DNA of 64,000 nt from an uncultured Gammaproteobacteria bacterium (GTDB taxonomy: Bacteria; Patescibacteriota; Microgenomatia; Levybacterales; GWA1-39-11): the NCBI GenBank assembly GCA_964485575.1, contig CAZAJO010000010.1, positions 450-64,449 on the forward strand, in the 5' to 3' direction. Positions 1-9,378 of the stretch are shown here, one piece after another; the first letter of the stretch is position 1, and each line of letters starts with the position of its first letter. The position numbers and the translations under genes were made by a program. The notes under the pieces are model-generated. The model did not search any database, was not told where the DNA came from, and saw only the letters and a program-made list of their open reading frames with translations.

Positions 1-263
1 GTTCCACCTTGGATAAGGTTGAGCGCTTCAAGCTCTTTTTCTAAATCTTCAATGGATTTGTGAGTCTCTTTTTCCTGCTCTATTGTTTCGAAGATATCTA
101 TTTCTTTTTTAAGGAGTTGATCATACAAATAATCAAGCTCTTCTAAGAAGTGTTCTGGTTTTGGAAATTTTTGAAGAATTTCTTCTTGGGTAATGTACCC
201 TTTTTTCTTTGCTGAGGCTAGAAGCTCCTCAATGTGTTCGTTTTTAACAGCACCTACTCGCAT
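1..263 (-). CDS. rpoD: RNA polymerase sigma factor RpoD, N-terminal part (continues beyond the window start)
   Basis: The reverse-strand translation from the ATG complement at 261-263 reads MRVGAVKNEHIEELLASAKKKGYITQEEILQKFPKPEHFLEELDYLYDQLLKKEIDI... This resembles the sigma-70 N-terminal region (KGY(I/L)T.EE(I/V) pattern). It lies immediately downstream of dnaG on the same strand, the classic dnaG-rpoD arrangement. Confidence 0.65.
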   Translation of the reverse strand, partial: MRVGAVKNEHIEELLASAKKKGYITQEEILQKFPKPEHFLEELDYLYDQLLKKEIDIFETIEQEKETHKSIEDLEKELEALNLIQGG

Positions 264-388
264 AATGTTGTACTTAAACGTAGAAAAATGCTAATTCCCG
301 AAGGAAAAAGCTACCACGTGAAAGAATGAACCTTATTATACCTCAAAATGGATCCCGAATCAAGTCCGGGATGACAAAATGCATATTG

Positions 389-2170
389 TCACTTGAAGCG
401 GGAGGCAAGATTGTTGAACTCAACCCGAAGGGCTTGCAGGCCCTCCTCATCCTCTTTCTTTTCGGCTATTTTCATCTCGTCTGATAATTCCGAAAGACGT
501 TCTTTGATAAGTCCTTGCTTTAAAATTTTTGCAGTTTTTTCTATCTCATGGGTATAACTCTCATCAGTTGGAAGATTTGGAATAGGATTTAGGAAATACA
601 GATCAAAAATTGGGATAAATTCTTCAGGTAATAATTTGGTGATTTCTGCTACATTGAGCTCTTCATTAGTCATAAAAAATTGCTTGAGAACCTTATAAAT
701 CTCCTTTACTGCAGGAGTTTTAGGCTCAACTGCTTCTAAAATACTAGCAATAATTGTAATTGACTCTTTTGGACGAGGCGACTGGAGGGCTAGAGTTAAA
801 AGATGATTTTCAAGCATTTCCTGTCGTGAAAGTCTGTTGACAGAAAGAACGGGAGCCTCTACTTTTGGCTGAGGAGCTCTTGTTCTCTCAGCTTCTTTAA
901 CTACTGACTCATATGAAGTATCGAGAAGATCTGCAAGCTTTTTGAGATAATGCTCTTTAACAATTTCATTATCTATATCCGTAATAAAAGAAAGGGTTCT
1001 TGAAAGAATGTGCTCTTTCCCCTCAACTGAACCAGGGTCTTGTGTCTGAACTGAACTTTGAAGTATAAAGTCATAAATATTGATTTCATTTTTCAACGCT
1101 TTTTTAAAAAGTGTAGGGTTTTCTCTTAAAATCTCATCAGCATCTTTCCCTTCAGGAGGGATTACAACACTTGCTCCTATTCCTTCATGGGTAATAAGAG
1201 CAATTGATCTTCGTTGCGCCTCAGTGCCTGCAGAATCCGTGTCAAAGCAAAAGACTATTTTTTGCGCAAAACGTTTTAAAAGTCGTACCTGATTTTCCGT
1301 AAGAGCTGTTCCTTTGATAGCAATAGCGTTTGTTATCCCCTCTTTATATGCAGTTATGGCATCAAATTCCCCTTCCATAAGAAGAACTTTTTTTTCTTTT
1401 TTGATACTGTCTTTCGCCTGAAAAAGTCCAAATACCGTGTCACCCTTTATGTATACTGGTGTCTCTTTCGTGTTTATGTATTTTGGAATAGCATCATCAG
1501 TCAGTCCCCGTCCAGAAAAAGCTACAATATTTCCCCGAGAGTCTTGGATAGGAAACATGAGTCTATTTTGGAAAAAATCGTAGAGCCTGCCACCTCGTAA
1601 CGTGGCTACACCAGCCTCAATCAACTCATCAGACTTATACCCCTTTTTCTTTTGGAGATAATTACAAAGGGCGTTCCCTTGCCGGGGAGCATATCCCACC
1701 CCATAAGTTGAGATGAGTGCTTCAGTCAACCCTCTCGTGTCAGTGACATATTTGAGAGCATTTTTCCCAGAGGCGTGATCAGTCAGTAGATAGTGATAAA
1801 ACTGTGAAGTGAGGTGATTTATTTCATAGATTCTTGTCTTTTTTTCGTCTTGTTTTGTCTTAAAGACCGTTTTGTGAAGCTTTACATCCGCACGTTCTGC
1901 GAGTAATTTTAAAGCTTCTGAGAAATCCATCCTTTCGTATTCTTCAACAAATGTGAATATGTCCCCACCCTTCGCGCACCCAAAGCAGTGCCAGATCTGT
2001 CTTTCCGGAGATATCACAAATGAAGGAGATTTTTCGTTATGAAATGGACAATTTGCTTTGAAATTGCGACCTGCTCTTTTTATAGGAATATATGAGGCAA
2101 TAAGGTCAGCTACATCAACTTTTCTTTTTATTAGATCAACATCATCCATCGTGCCCCAATTGTAGCACAT
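389..2170 (-). CDS. dnaG: DNA primase DnaG
   Basis: 593 aa. Zinc-ribbon motif CPFHNEKSPSF...HCFGCAKGGD, then a TOPRIM-like EGEFDAITAYKEG region and a C-terminal helicase-interaction region. Confidence 0.9.
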   Translation of the reverse strand: MCYNWGTMDDVDLIKRKVDVADLIASYIPIKRAGRNFKANCPFHNEKSPSFVISPERQIWHCFGCAKGGDIFTFVEEYERMDFSEALKLLAERADVKLHKTVFKTKQDEKKTRIYEINHLTSQFYHYLLTDHASGKNALKYVTDTRGLTEALISTYGVGYAPRQGNALCNYLQKKKGYKSDELIEAGVATLRGGRLYDFFQNRLMFPIQDSRGNIVAFSGRGLTDDAIPKYINTKETPVYIKGDTVFGLFQAKDSIKKEKKVLLMEGEFDAITAYKEGITNAIAIKGTALTENQVRLLKRFAQKIVFCFDTDSAGTEAQRRSIALITHEGIGASVVIPPEGKDADEILRENPTLFKKALKNEINIYDFILQSSVQTQDPGSVEGKEHILSRTLSFITDIDNEIVKEHYLKKLADLLDTSYESVVKEAERTRAPQPKVEAPVLSVNRLSRQEMLENHLLTLALQSPRPKESITIIASILEAVEPKTPAVKEIYKVLKQFFMTNEELNVAEITKLLPEEFIPIFDLYFLNPIPNLPTDESYTHEIEKTAKILKQGLIKERLSELSDEMKIAEKKEDEEGLQALRVEFNNLASRFK

Positions 2171-2184
2171 GATATACTCTGATC

Positions 2185-2586
2185 ATGGCTGGTTACTCCT
2201 CAAAATCATTGAGAGATAAGCTTGGGATAAAGTCAGGATCTTCTGTTGTTTTTCTTTACGCGCCTCTCTCTTATATAGTAAGTCTTGGGGACATTGATGA
2301 CTGTGAAATTTTTCCGATGGTAAGAAAAGATCATGATTTTATCCATATTTTTGTGAAAGAAAAAGAAATTCTAGAGGAAGAAATTAAAAAACTCATGATG
2401 GGAATAAAACCAAATGGTGCGATTTGGGTCAGTTGGCCAAAAGCCTCATCTGGTATTAAAACCACCATGAATGAAAATGTGATTCGTGAAGTTTGTTTAC
2501 CATTGGGACTTGTTGATGTAAAAGTTGCCGCAATTGATGAGACCTGGTCTGGATTAAAATTAGTAATTCGTAAAGAAAATCGTTAG
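2185..2586 (+). CDS. Hypothetical protein (DUF3052-like small protein)
   Basis: 133-aa ORF of typical low-GC composition. No recognisable catalytic motif. Convergent with the next ORF, stop codons overlapping. Confidence 0.45.
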   Translation: MAGYSSKSLRDKLGIKSGSSVVFLYAPLSYIVSLGDIDDCEIFPMVRKDHDFIHIFVKEKEILEEEIKKLMMGIKPNGAIWVSWPKASSGIKTTMNENVIREVCLPLGLVDVKVAAIDETWSGLKLVIRKENR

Positions 2587-3212
2587 GTGGTGTTTTCGAA
2601 TGAAGGAATAAATTTGTCTTTAGCAACAATAGTCGCTTCAATCTGAGAAATTTTTTCAATATCAAAAGGCAAAACAACTCCGTCCAACTCACTTAAAAGC
2701 CATGATTCCCTTCCATCAAACCTGTCTTCTAAGTCTCCTTCATCCAATTCTTCAACGCAATCTAATTCGAAAAATTCTCCTCCTAGCTTTAGTCTTAATT
2801 TATGGTCTCTCAGAGTGTCATATTCCATCCTTGTTTCAAGAACAGCTAGAGCCGCTATCGTTAGGGGAGTTTTTCTACACACCCATTCACTACGAGTCAA
2901 AAGATCATATTCTACTGACGGAGTTCCTAGAGGAGTCTCAAAACCATATCTAAAATTAGGTTGATACATATCCTCTTCAACAACAAGAGCTAGAGAAAAA
3001 GTGGCTCCCTCAATGGTAATTTCTCTAAAATCAGAGTAGTAAACAGAGTTTAAGTAGTCGATCCTGTCTTTAGGAGAGGTAAGACTTCCTAGTCCTTCAA
3101 ATGGCTTAAAGGTTTGACCCACTTCCACACTAAGTGGGGCTTCTGGATTTGTTTTGGAACCTACTTCCGGTCGCTCTGGCATGCTCACAGCAGGATTATA
3201 GGTTTCCCTCAA
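2583..3212 (-). CDS. Hypothetical acidic protein
   Basis: 209-aa ORF with a strongly acidic C-terminal half (EELDEGDLEDRFDGRESW). No motif recognised. Confidence 0.45.
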   Translation of the reverse strand: MRETYNPAVSMPERPEVGSKTNPEAPLSVEVGQTFKPFEGLGSLTSPKDRIDYLNSVYYSDFREITIEGATFSLALVVEEDMYQPNFRYGFETPLGTPSVEYDLLTRSEWVCRKTPLTIAALAVLETRMEYDTLRDHKLRLKLGGEFFELDCVEELDEGDLEDRFDGRESWLLSELDGVVLPFDIEKISQIEATIVAKDKFIPSFENTT

Positions 3213-3266
3213 ACTAAAGTCAAATTGTAGCTATATACAATATACGAAATACAATATACTAAATTC

Positions 3267-4787
3267 ATGGTCAGTAAAGTTTTATCAGCAACAGTTGTTG
3301 GTCTTGATGGTGTTTTGATTGAGGTCGAGACAGATATTTTAAATGGCCTTCCTGCTTTTAAGATAGTAGGACTTCCCGACAAAGCAGTTGAGGAGTCGAA
3401 AGAAAGGGTTTGCTCGGCCATCAAAAATAGTGGTGCTGATTTTCCGACAAAAAAAGTAACCGTCAATCTTGCGCCAGGTGATCTCCCCAAAGAAGGTCCG
3501 ACCTTTGACCTGCCAATTGCGGTTTCAATACTCCTGTCCTCCGGTCAACTACAGTTTGATTCGAGTAGCTCTCTTTTTGTTGGAGAGCTTTCCCTAAATG
3601 GGGAATTGAGGCTGTCAAAAGGAATTTTGCCTATCGTTTTGGCTGCTAAAGAGAAGAAAATTCATAATATCTACATTCCAAGTGCCAATAAAAGAGAGGC
3701 AGAAGTTGTTTCTGGTATTTCAATTTATCCAATCAAAAACCTCAAAGAACTATTCAATCATTTAGTCGGAAACAAAATCCTTGAGCCACTTCTTCCTATT
3801 CAGTTTGATGCCGACCAAGATGGGATCGAATACGATTTTGACATGAAAGATATCAAGGGGCAGGCATACGTTAAACGTGCAGTTGAAGTTGCTGTTGCCG
3901 GCGGGCACAACATCTTACTGAAAGGTCCACCCGGAGCGGGAAAGACACTTATTGCCAAGACAATCCCCTCAATTCTTCCTCCTCTATCATTTGACGAAGC
4001 GCTTGAGGTCACCAAAATATACAGTATCTCAGGTCTTTTGCAGGGAAAATCCATCTTAAGATCCAGACCATTCAGAAGTCCTCATCATACAACCTCCCAC
4101 ATTGGCCTTGTTGGTGGGAGCGCAAATCCAAAACCAGGTGAAATATCCCTTGCTCATAGAGGAGTACTCTTTCTCGATGAATTACCTGAATTTTCAAGAT
4201 ATGTGCTTGAAGCGCTTCGCCAACCACTAGAGGATGGAATCGTTAGTATTTCAAGAGCACGGGAGCGGGTCGTTTTCCCTTCCCGTTTTATGCTTGTTGC
4301 AGCTGCAAACCCATGCCCTTGTGGATTTTTTGGAGACAACACAAAAGTTTGCACCTGTTCGGCCGGTCAGGTACTCAAATATCAAAAAAAATTATCCGGC
4401 CCACTACTTGATAGGATAGATATCCATATCGACGTTCCAGCTGTTAAAGTAGAAAAACTCGTAGACGACACGAATGACTATGAGGATTCTGAAAAAATAA
4501 GGGTAAGAGTTGTTAAGGCGGTTGAGCTTCAGCGTAAGCGTTTTGTTAATAAAAAGACTATAATGAACAGCGAAATGTCATCGAAGGATTTGAAAGAATT
4601 GTTAATATTAAAAGAAAGTGCAAAGGAAATTATGAAAAATGCGATGAGAACACTCTCTCTATCTGCCCGCTCATTTAACAAAGTGCTTAAGGTTTCTCGG
4701 ACGATAGCTGACCTTGAAGGAAGTAAAGAGGTCGACTCAGCTCACATATTAGAAGCATTGCAATACCGCCCAAAAACCATCGACTAA
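3267..4787 (+). CDS. comM: YifB/ComM family Mg-chelatase-like AAA+ ATPase
   Basis: 506 aa. Walker A LLKGPPGAGKTLIAK, Walker B VLFLDELPEF, and the typical ComM N-terminal Lon-like domain and C-terminal helix. Confidence 0.9.
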   Translation: MVSKVLSATVVGLDGVLIEVETDILNGLPAFKIVGLPDKAVEESKERVCSAIKNSGADFPTKKVTVNLAPGDLPKEGPTFDLPIAVSILLSSGQLQFDSSSSLFVGELSLNGELRLSKGILPIVLAAKEKKIHNIYIPSANKREAEVVSGISIYPIKNLKELFNHLVGNKILEPLLPIQFDADQDGIEYDFDMKDIKGQAYVKRAVEVAVAGGHNILLKGPPGAGKTLIAKTIPSILPPLSFDEALEVTKIYSISGLLQGKSILRSRPFRSPHHTTSHIGLVGGSANPKPGEISLAHRGVLFLDELPEFSRYVLEALRQPLEDGIVSISRARERVVFPSRFMLVAAANPCPCGFFGDNTKVCTCSAGQVLKYQKKLSGPLLDRIDIHIDVPAVKVEKLVDDTNDYEDSEKIRVRVVKAVELQRKRFVNKKTIMNSEMSSKDLKELLILKESAKEIMKNAMRTLSLSARSFNKVLKVSRTIADLEGSKEVDSAHILEALQYRPKTID

Positions 4788-4788
4788 T

Positions 4789-5646
4789 ATGAGAAAGACA
4801 GCAATATTTCTTTTCTATTCATTTTTTCTTCTTATCCTGGGAAGAAATCTCCTTTTTATCCCTGTTGTGAAGTTGGGAGGGACTCAAAAAGCAAAAGATA
4901 TTGAAGTGATACGTCAGGACGTTGCGGATCTTCTCAAGAATAAAAAAGGAGAATTTAACGTCTGCTATACGGATCTTACTACTGATGAGTCTTTTGGTAT
5001 TCATCCAGATACAGTTCTTACTGGAGCATCTATGAACAAGTTGCCAGTTGTTGGTTATCTCTATTCTTTAGCAGGGAAAAAAGAAATCGATCTTCAAGAA
5101 ACTGTCGTTATCCAAAAATCAGACATTCAAGACTACGGAACTGGTGTCATTCGTTACGAAGAGCCTGGAAAAACATATACTCTCCAATATCTCGCCCAAC
5201 TTGCTCTTCAAAAATCAGACAACACCGCGGCACATGTCCTTAATATCAGGCTTGGGGAAGACAATATACAGGCATATGCATACAGACTTGGGATGAGTGC
5301 TACTAACATGGTAGAAAACGACACGTCGTGCAGAGATATCCAAACCTTTTTTAAGATGCTATATACCAATAAAATCTCTACCCCCGCACTTACAAAGGAA
5401 TTGATGGGATATATGGAAAACACAGATTTTGAGGATAGAATCCCACGACTTCTGCCGCGGGGACTTCATGTCTATCACAAAACCGGAGATGGAATAAATT
5501 TTATTCATGATGGAGGAATAGTCTCAAACGGAAAGACCCCATTTATTTTAGTAGTCACATCTAGCAATCTTTCCGATGGGGATGAGGCAAAAGAGACTAT
5601 AGCTAAAATTGCCGAAACCATCTACACAGACCGCGGCAATAAATAA
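4789..5646 (+). CDS. Class A beta-lactamase-like serine hydrolase, secreted
   Basis: 285 aa with an N-terminal hydrophobic signal or anchor. All three class A motifs are present: S-x-x-K (SMNK), SDN (QKSDNTAAH) and KTG (HKTGDG). Confidence 0.75.
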   Translation: MRKTAIFLFYSFFLLILGRNLLFIPVVKLGGTQKAKDIEVIRQDVADLLKNKKGEFNVCYTDLTTDESFGIHPDTVLTGASMNKLPVVGYLYSLAGKKEIDLQETVVIQKSDIQDYGTGVIRYEEPGKTYTLQYLAQLALQKSDNTAAHVLNIRLGEDNIQAYAYRLGMSATNMVENDTSCRDIQTFFKMLYTNKISTPALTKELMGYMENTDFEDRIPRLLPRGLHVYHKTGDGINFIHDGGIVSNGKTPFILVVTSSNLSDGDEAKETIAKIAETIYTDRGNK

Positions 5647-5678
5647 TTCTCACATAACTGTTATTCTTTCTTGAAGAA

Positions 5679-5702
5679 AACATCTTCCTTCGGGAAGATG
5701 TT
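5679..5702 (+). terminator. Hairpin terminator candidate after the beta-lactamase-like gene
   Basis: Perfect 10-bp inverted repeat AACATCTTCC-ttcg-GGAAGATGTT with a UUCG tetraloop, about 30 nt after the stop codon and followed by an A/T-rich tract. Confidence 0.5.
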
Positions 5703-5815
5703 ATATAATACCTTTGAGTTGTGTTTTCGCACCTCAAAAGAGCTTTTAAGGATGCGGAAACGCTCCTTGAAAACCTGCAAACACTCAGCACACCCACCAA
5801 GGAAGGAAGTCATTC

Positions 5816-6973
5816 GTGAAAGCCCGTTCAAGAAAGTCTATTCCATCGGTCGTGATGCTCTCCTTCGCTCTTGTCATGCTCGTTCTCACCCTCGTAAGGG
5901 TGGACGATCCGGCAAGTGCCGAAGGACCATCCGGGAGTCAGGCGTCTCTTGGCGCCTCACTTCCCTACCACCGGTATGCCGCATTCGTTGCTGCTGACAG
6001 TGCTTCTGGATGCACTCAGGTCCAGGCGCAATCAGCAAGCATCATTGCAGCGGATCAGGTGTCTGTAAGCGCTATCGCTCAAGACCCATTGGTCGCAGAC
6101 CAGCTCGTTGCCGACGGCAAGAACGTCGGAATCGGGATGGTCGTTGGCCTCAACGAAGACTGGGTTAATGCCTGGTCAAAGGTGTACGGAAGTACTCAAG
6201 TACAAGCTGTTGCAGCTGCCCTTACGGGATGTGCGACACCAACTCCGGCACCAACCACAACCACGCCGACACCCTCATCAACTGCTACCGGTACTCTCAC
6301 TCCGACGGCGACCGGAACAGGAACGGCCACGCCATCTCAAACGGCGACAAAGACTGGAACCGCAGTTCCGTCTCCGAGTCCGAGCGTAACTTCTACGGGG
6401 ACGGTGCCTCCGTCGGCAACTGCCACTTCGACCGGAACGGCTACGGCAACATCAACGAGTACCTCAACACCGGTGCCCGGGGTTTCGCCAAGTCCGACCC
6501 AGACTAAGACCTCGACGCCAACGCCGAGTCCAAGTCCAAGCGCTACGCCAACCAGCACGCCTACGCCACCCCCCGTTTCGTGTACACACACACCGGGGAC
6601 GACGTTCACAGCGACAAACGGTGACTCTCTGACGGTCACGTATCTGATCTTGTGCCCTCCGGACGTTGAGCACTTCGATCTGAGTACTCCAGACGTCGTG
6701 GCGGGCGCGACAATCTTGATCACGATGGATCGGTCAGAATATCCGCGAAACGGAAACCCAACACAAATGACGCAGGATACGTCCTGCGCTACTGCCGGAA
6801 AGTGCTGGGATTTCGTTTTTACTGCTCAGCCTGACGCTCCGTGTGCGCAGGACCCAACCTGTACAGCGGCCCCAGTGCCTGACACCACCAAAAAGAGGTT
6901 CAATGTCGACATACTGATAACGACCCTCACGGGTGGGACGAGGTCCTTCGCGATCAGGTGGACCAATTCCTAG
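5816..6973 (+). CDS. High-GC island gene: secreted or membrane-anchored Thr/Pro/Ser-rich low-complexity surface protein
   Basis: 385 aa. GTG start preceded by SD AAGGAAGGAAG. N-terminal hydrophobic anchor (SVVMLSFALVMLVLTLV), about 120 aa of TPTPS low-complexity linker, and a Cys-containing C-terminal domain. GC is far above the flanks. The antisense ORFs inside it are composition shadows. Confidence 0.6.
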   Translation: MKARSRKSIPSVVMLSFALVMLVLTLVRVDDPASAEGPSGSQASLGASLPYHRYAAFVAADSASGCTQVQAQSASIIAADQVSVSAIAQDPLVADQLVADGKNVGIGMVVGLNEDWVNAWSKVYGSTQVQAVAAALTGCATPTPAPTTTTPTPSSTATGTLTPTATGTGTATPSQTATKTGTAVPSPSPSVTSTGTVPPSATATSTGTATATSTSTSTPVPGVSPSPTQTKTSTPTPSPSPSATPTSTPTPPPVSCTHTPGTTFTATNGDSLTVTYLILCPPDVEHFDLSTPDVVAGATILITMDRSEYPRNGNPTQMTQDTSCATAGKCWDFVFTAQPDAPCAQDPTCTAAPVPDTTKKRFNVDILITTLTGGTRSFAIRWTNS

Positions 6974-6993
6974 AGTGTTTGCAGTCTAAAGGT

Positions 6994-7017
6994 GTCGAGG
7001 GGGTAACTCCCCTCGGC
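6994..7017. terminator. GC-rich hairpin, candidate bidirectional terminator between the island gene and convergent rpe
   Basis: Stem GTCGAGGGG, loop gtaact, stem CCCCTCGGC, lying between two convergent stop codons. Confidence 0.45.
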
Positions 7018-7025
7018 ACCCCGAC

Positions 7026-7667
7026 TCATTTGATGAGTGAGGTCAATTTATTGAATTCTTCAGAAATATCATCAGCCTCATAAAGAGTGCTTGTTGTTAC
7101 AAATCTACTAGCTCCAGCTTTTTTTGCCTCGATAATTGTAGTCTCATTTATTCCCCCATCAACTTCTATCGTTAGGTAGGGATATCTTTCCTTAATTTCT
7201 CTTACTTTATCAAGCCTCTCAGGTTGGAATTCTTGTCCAGAGAAACCAGCGTTAATTGTCATTATAAGTAAACAATCTAAATCGTTAAGATTTATGTTAT
7301 CCAAGACATCAAGTCCCGTTTGGCCATCTATTGCAAGACCCACCTCCCCAAGTAATTGTCCCTGGGCAACAAACTCAATAGGGTCAGGCATTTTTTCTAT
7401 CTGACCAATAAATCTTCTAAATCCTGCATCTGCCCACTCTTTTAAGTATTGAAGAGGATTTTCGACCATTAAGTGAACTTCAAAAAGAGTTTCTTTTGTA
7501 AACTCTGAAAATTTAGAAGCATCTGAAAAAGTAGTATTTGGAGCAAATTTTCCATCTAAAACGTCGATATGGACAGATTTTGCGAAGGGTTTTATACGGC
7601 TTAGTCTTTGTTCAATTTCTTCCCAATTTTTATTTTCAGTACCAGGACTTGGGATTACTTCATTCAT
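7026..7667 (-). CDS. rpe: Ribulose-phosphate 3-epimerase
   Basis: 213 aa. HIDVLDGKFAPNTTF (HxDxMDGxFVPN motif) and the C-terminal GG...EAKKAGA phosphate-binding region. Confidence 0.85.
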   Translation of the reverse strand: MNEVIPSPGTENKNWEEIEQRLSRIKPFAKSVHIDVLDGKFAPNTTFSDASKFSEFTKETLFEVHLMVENPLQYLKEWADAGFRRFIGQIEKMPDPIEFVAQGQLLGEVGLAIDGQTGLDVLDNINLNDLDCLLIMTINAGFSGQEFQPERLDKVREIKERYPYLTIEVDGGINETTIIEAKKAGASRFVTTSTLYEADDISEEFNKLTSLIK

Positions 7668-8181
7668 GATCTTCTATTTGGGAAATTTTTCTGATGCGTC
7701 TGATATGTCTTTCATCATTAGAGAATGGTGCTTCTAACCACTGCTTGATGGCATGAAGAGCGTCTTCTTCGCTTAGGATATTTGCGCCGATAGACAAAAC
7801 ATTCGCATCATTATGCTCACGGGTTAACCTGATCATCTCAAAAGCATCACTACTAGTGCGTCCTGTAACATCAACAGCGTGTGCTGGAATAATAGGGGTA
7901 TAGAAAACTACCGCTCTTACACCTTTAAATTTATTTGCCACAATTGCCTCTCCCTCTCCTGAACTCCCGAAAATGAGGGCTTTGTCTTCCGGATTTCTGG
8001 AGACGTTCTCAGCCGCCTTTTTTATGTAATCTGGGTAATCATCAGTAGGTTCAAATTCATATGCTCCGCAATCTTCAATATCATATCCGCTGTCAGTTAA
8101 TGTCTTTTTAACCTTCTCTTTCAGATTGAATCCAGCATGATCTGTTGCTAGGTATATTTTCATATCATATTTGCTCTGCAA
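7660..8181 (-). CDS. rpiB: Ribose-5-phosphate isomerase B (RpiB/LacAB family)
   Basis: 173 aa. MKIYLATDHAGFNLKEKV... and a conserved Cys (DCGAYE). Overlaps rpe by 8 nt, consistent with an operon. Confidence 0.8.
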   Translation of the reverse strand: MQSKYDMKIYLATDHAGFNLKEKVKKTLTDSGYDIEDCGAYEFEPTDDYPDYIKKAAENVSRNPEDKALIFGSSGEGEAIVANKFKGVRAVVFYTPIIPAHAVDVTGRTSSDAFEMIRLTREHNDANVLSIGANILSEEDALHAIKQWLEAPFSNDERHIRRIRKISQIEDHE

Positions 8182-9139
8182 TCAATTCTATTTCTGAGTT
8201 TTTTTGCTCCATTTCAGAAAGCTTGAGTTGTCCGGTGTGCGCACCGATATGAGACATCACTCCTAATGAATTAAGTACTCCCCATTTCATACACGTTGAA
8301 ATGTCTTTGCCTAGTATGAATGATGCCAAAAAAGCGGCAGCGTATGCATCCCCTGCTCCAGTTTTTTCATGACCATCAGGCTTTAGGGTTAGTATTTTGT
8401 AAACTTTGTTTTCGTTGTCAACTGCGTAGGCACCTTCTGCACCATCTGTAATTGAAAGAAGATCAAATCCATTATTCTTAAGGTTTAGTAATAGTTCTTT
8501 TTTGTCCTCGATACTATTTCCTGAAAGAGTATTATTTATGATTCTTGCCTCATCCATATTGCAAAAAAGCATTTTTGACTGATGGACAGTTTTGATGAAC
8601 GTTTCATTGATAGACTTCATTTGCTGAGAGCCTGGGGAAAAGGCTACTGGTATATTTGCTGCCTGCGCATACGAAAGAATTTTTTCATAAGCACCTTCCC
8701 AAGTTTTGCCTAACGAAGTGAGAAATATATGAGAAGGTTTTTCTCCAAACTTCCCCTCATCAAAGGAATGATCAAATTCTGGGTGATGAGAAAAAATTGT
8801 TCTATCTTCTGAAAAATCGAAGATGAGAGAAAGAGGTCCGGTTTTTGAGTTGGTGTTCTCATAACAGACAGATATACCTTCATCCGATAATTGTTGGGCA
8901 ATATATTTTGAAAGTGCATCCTCTCCGAGATATGTGTAGAAAAGATTTGGAATAGAAAGTTTTTGAAGTGCTGAGGCAACATTTGGGCCATTTCCACCTA
9001 TAGAAAAAGCCTTGATGTCTATGGGAACTTTGTCACCAAGAGTAAAAGAGGCCTTTTTTCCATCAATTGTGACATGGGGATTATTTTCAAGAGCGACGAT
9101 CACATCAAAAAGTGAGGAACCGATTACCAAAACTTTCAT
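8165..9139 (-). CDS. PfkB-family carbohydrate kinase (ribokinase-like)
   Basis: 324 aa. N-terminal GG dipeptide (SIGGNGPNVA) and the C-terminal anion-hole motif TGAGDAYAAAFLA. Confidence 0.8.
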   Translation of the reverse strand: MKVLVIGSSLFDVIVALENNPHVTIDGKKASFTLGDKVPIDIKAFSIGGNGPNVASALQKLSIPNLFYTYLGEDALSKYIAQQLSDEGISVCYENTNSKTGPLSLIFDFSEDRTIFSHHPEFDHSFDEGKFGEKPSHIFLTSLGKTWEGAYEKILSYAQAANIPVAFSPGSQQMKSINETFIKTVHQSKMLFCNMDEARIINNTLSGNSIEDKKELLLNLKNNGFDLLSITDGAEGAYAVDNENKVYKILTLKPDGHEKTGAGDAYAAAFLASFILGKDISTCMKWGVLNSLGVMSHIGAHTGQLKLSEMEQKNSEIELIAEQI

Positions 9140-9378
9140 ACAAACATTGTATACTTGTGAACTTTAGTAATGCAACTAAAAGTGAATGTTTTTAGAGTAT
9201 TTTGATATGTATTTACTAGTTGCGTAGCGAAGCAACCATTACTATAATACTAATTTAGTAACACAATTCACTGTTATTAAATTAGTATTTATTCATTTTA
9301 TGAATGTAATACTAACGAAAAATATTTAAACAGGTTTCTGCCCTCTGTTGTAATTATTAAAAAACAATTGGAGGGCCT

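Noticed and set aside
1080-1292. 70-aa plus-strand ORF inside dnaG
   Set aside because: Fully contained antisense within a well-supported conserved gene.
5671-5997. 108-aa plus-strand ORF overlapping the island A gene start
   Set aside because: It spans the terminator hairpin and reads out of frame into the real gene. Its basic Arg/Lys-rich composition is atypical, and there is no SD.
6108-6723. Several overlapping ORFs (6108..6389 +, 6229..6507 +, 6337..6723 -, 6464..6673 -) inside island A
   Set aside because: All lie within or antisense to the 5816..6973 gene. Their compositions (RRP/HQ-rich, GV-rich) are shadow frames of the TPS-repeat region.
9140-9378. AT-rich 240-bp divergent intergenic region with several short imperfect inverted repeats (for example GTTGCgtagcgaaGCAAC) and TATAAT-like hexamers
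   Set aside because: It looks like ordinary divergent promoter DNA for the PfkB-kinase and PBP genes. The repeats are short and imperfect, no DnaA-box or CRISPR-like periodicity is present, and nothing is specific enough to call.
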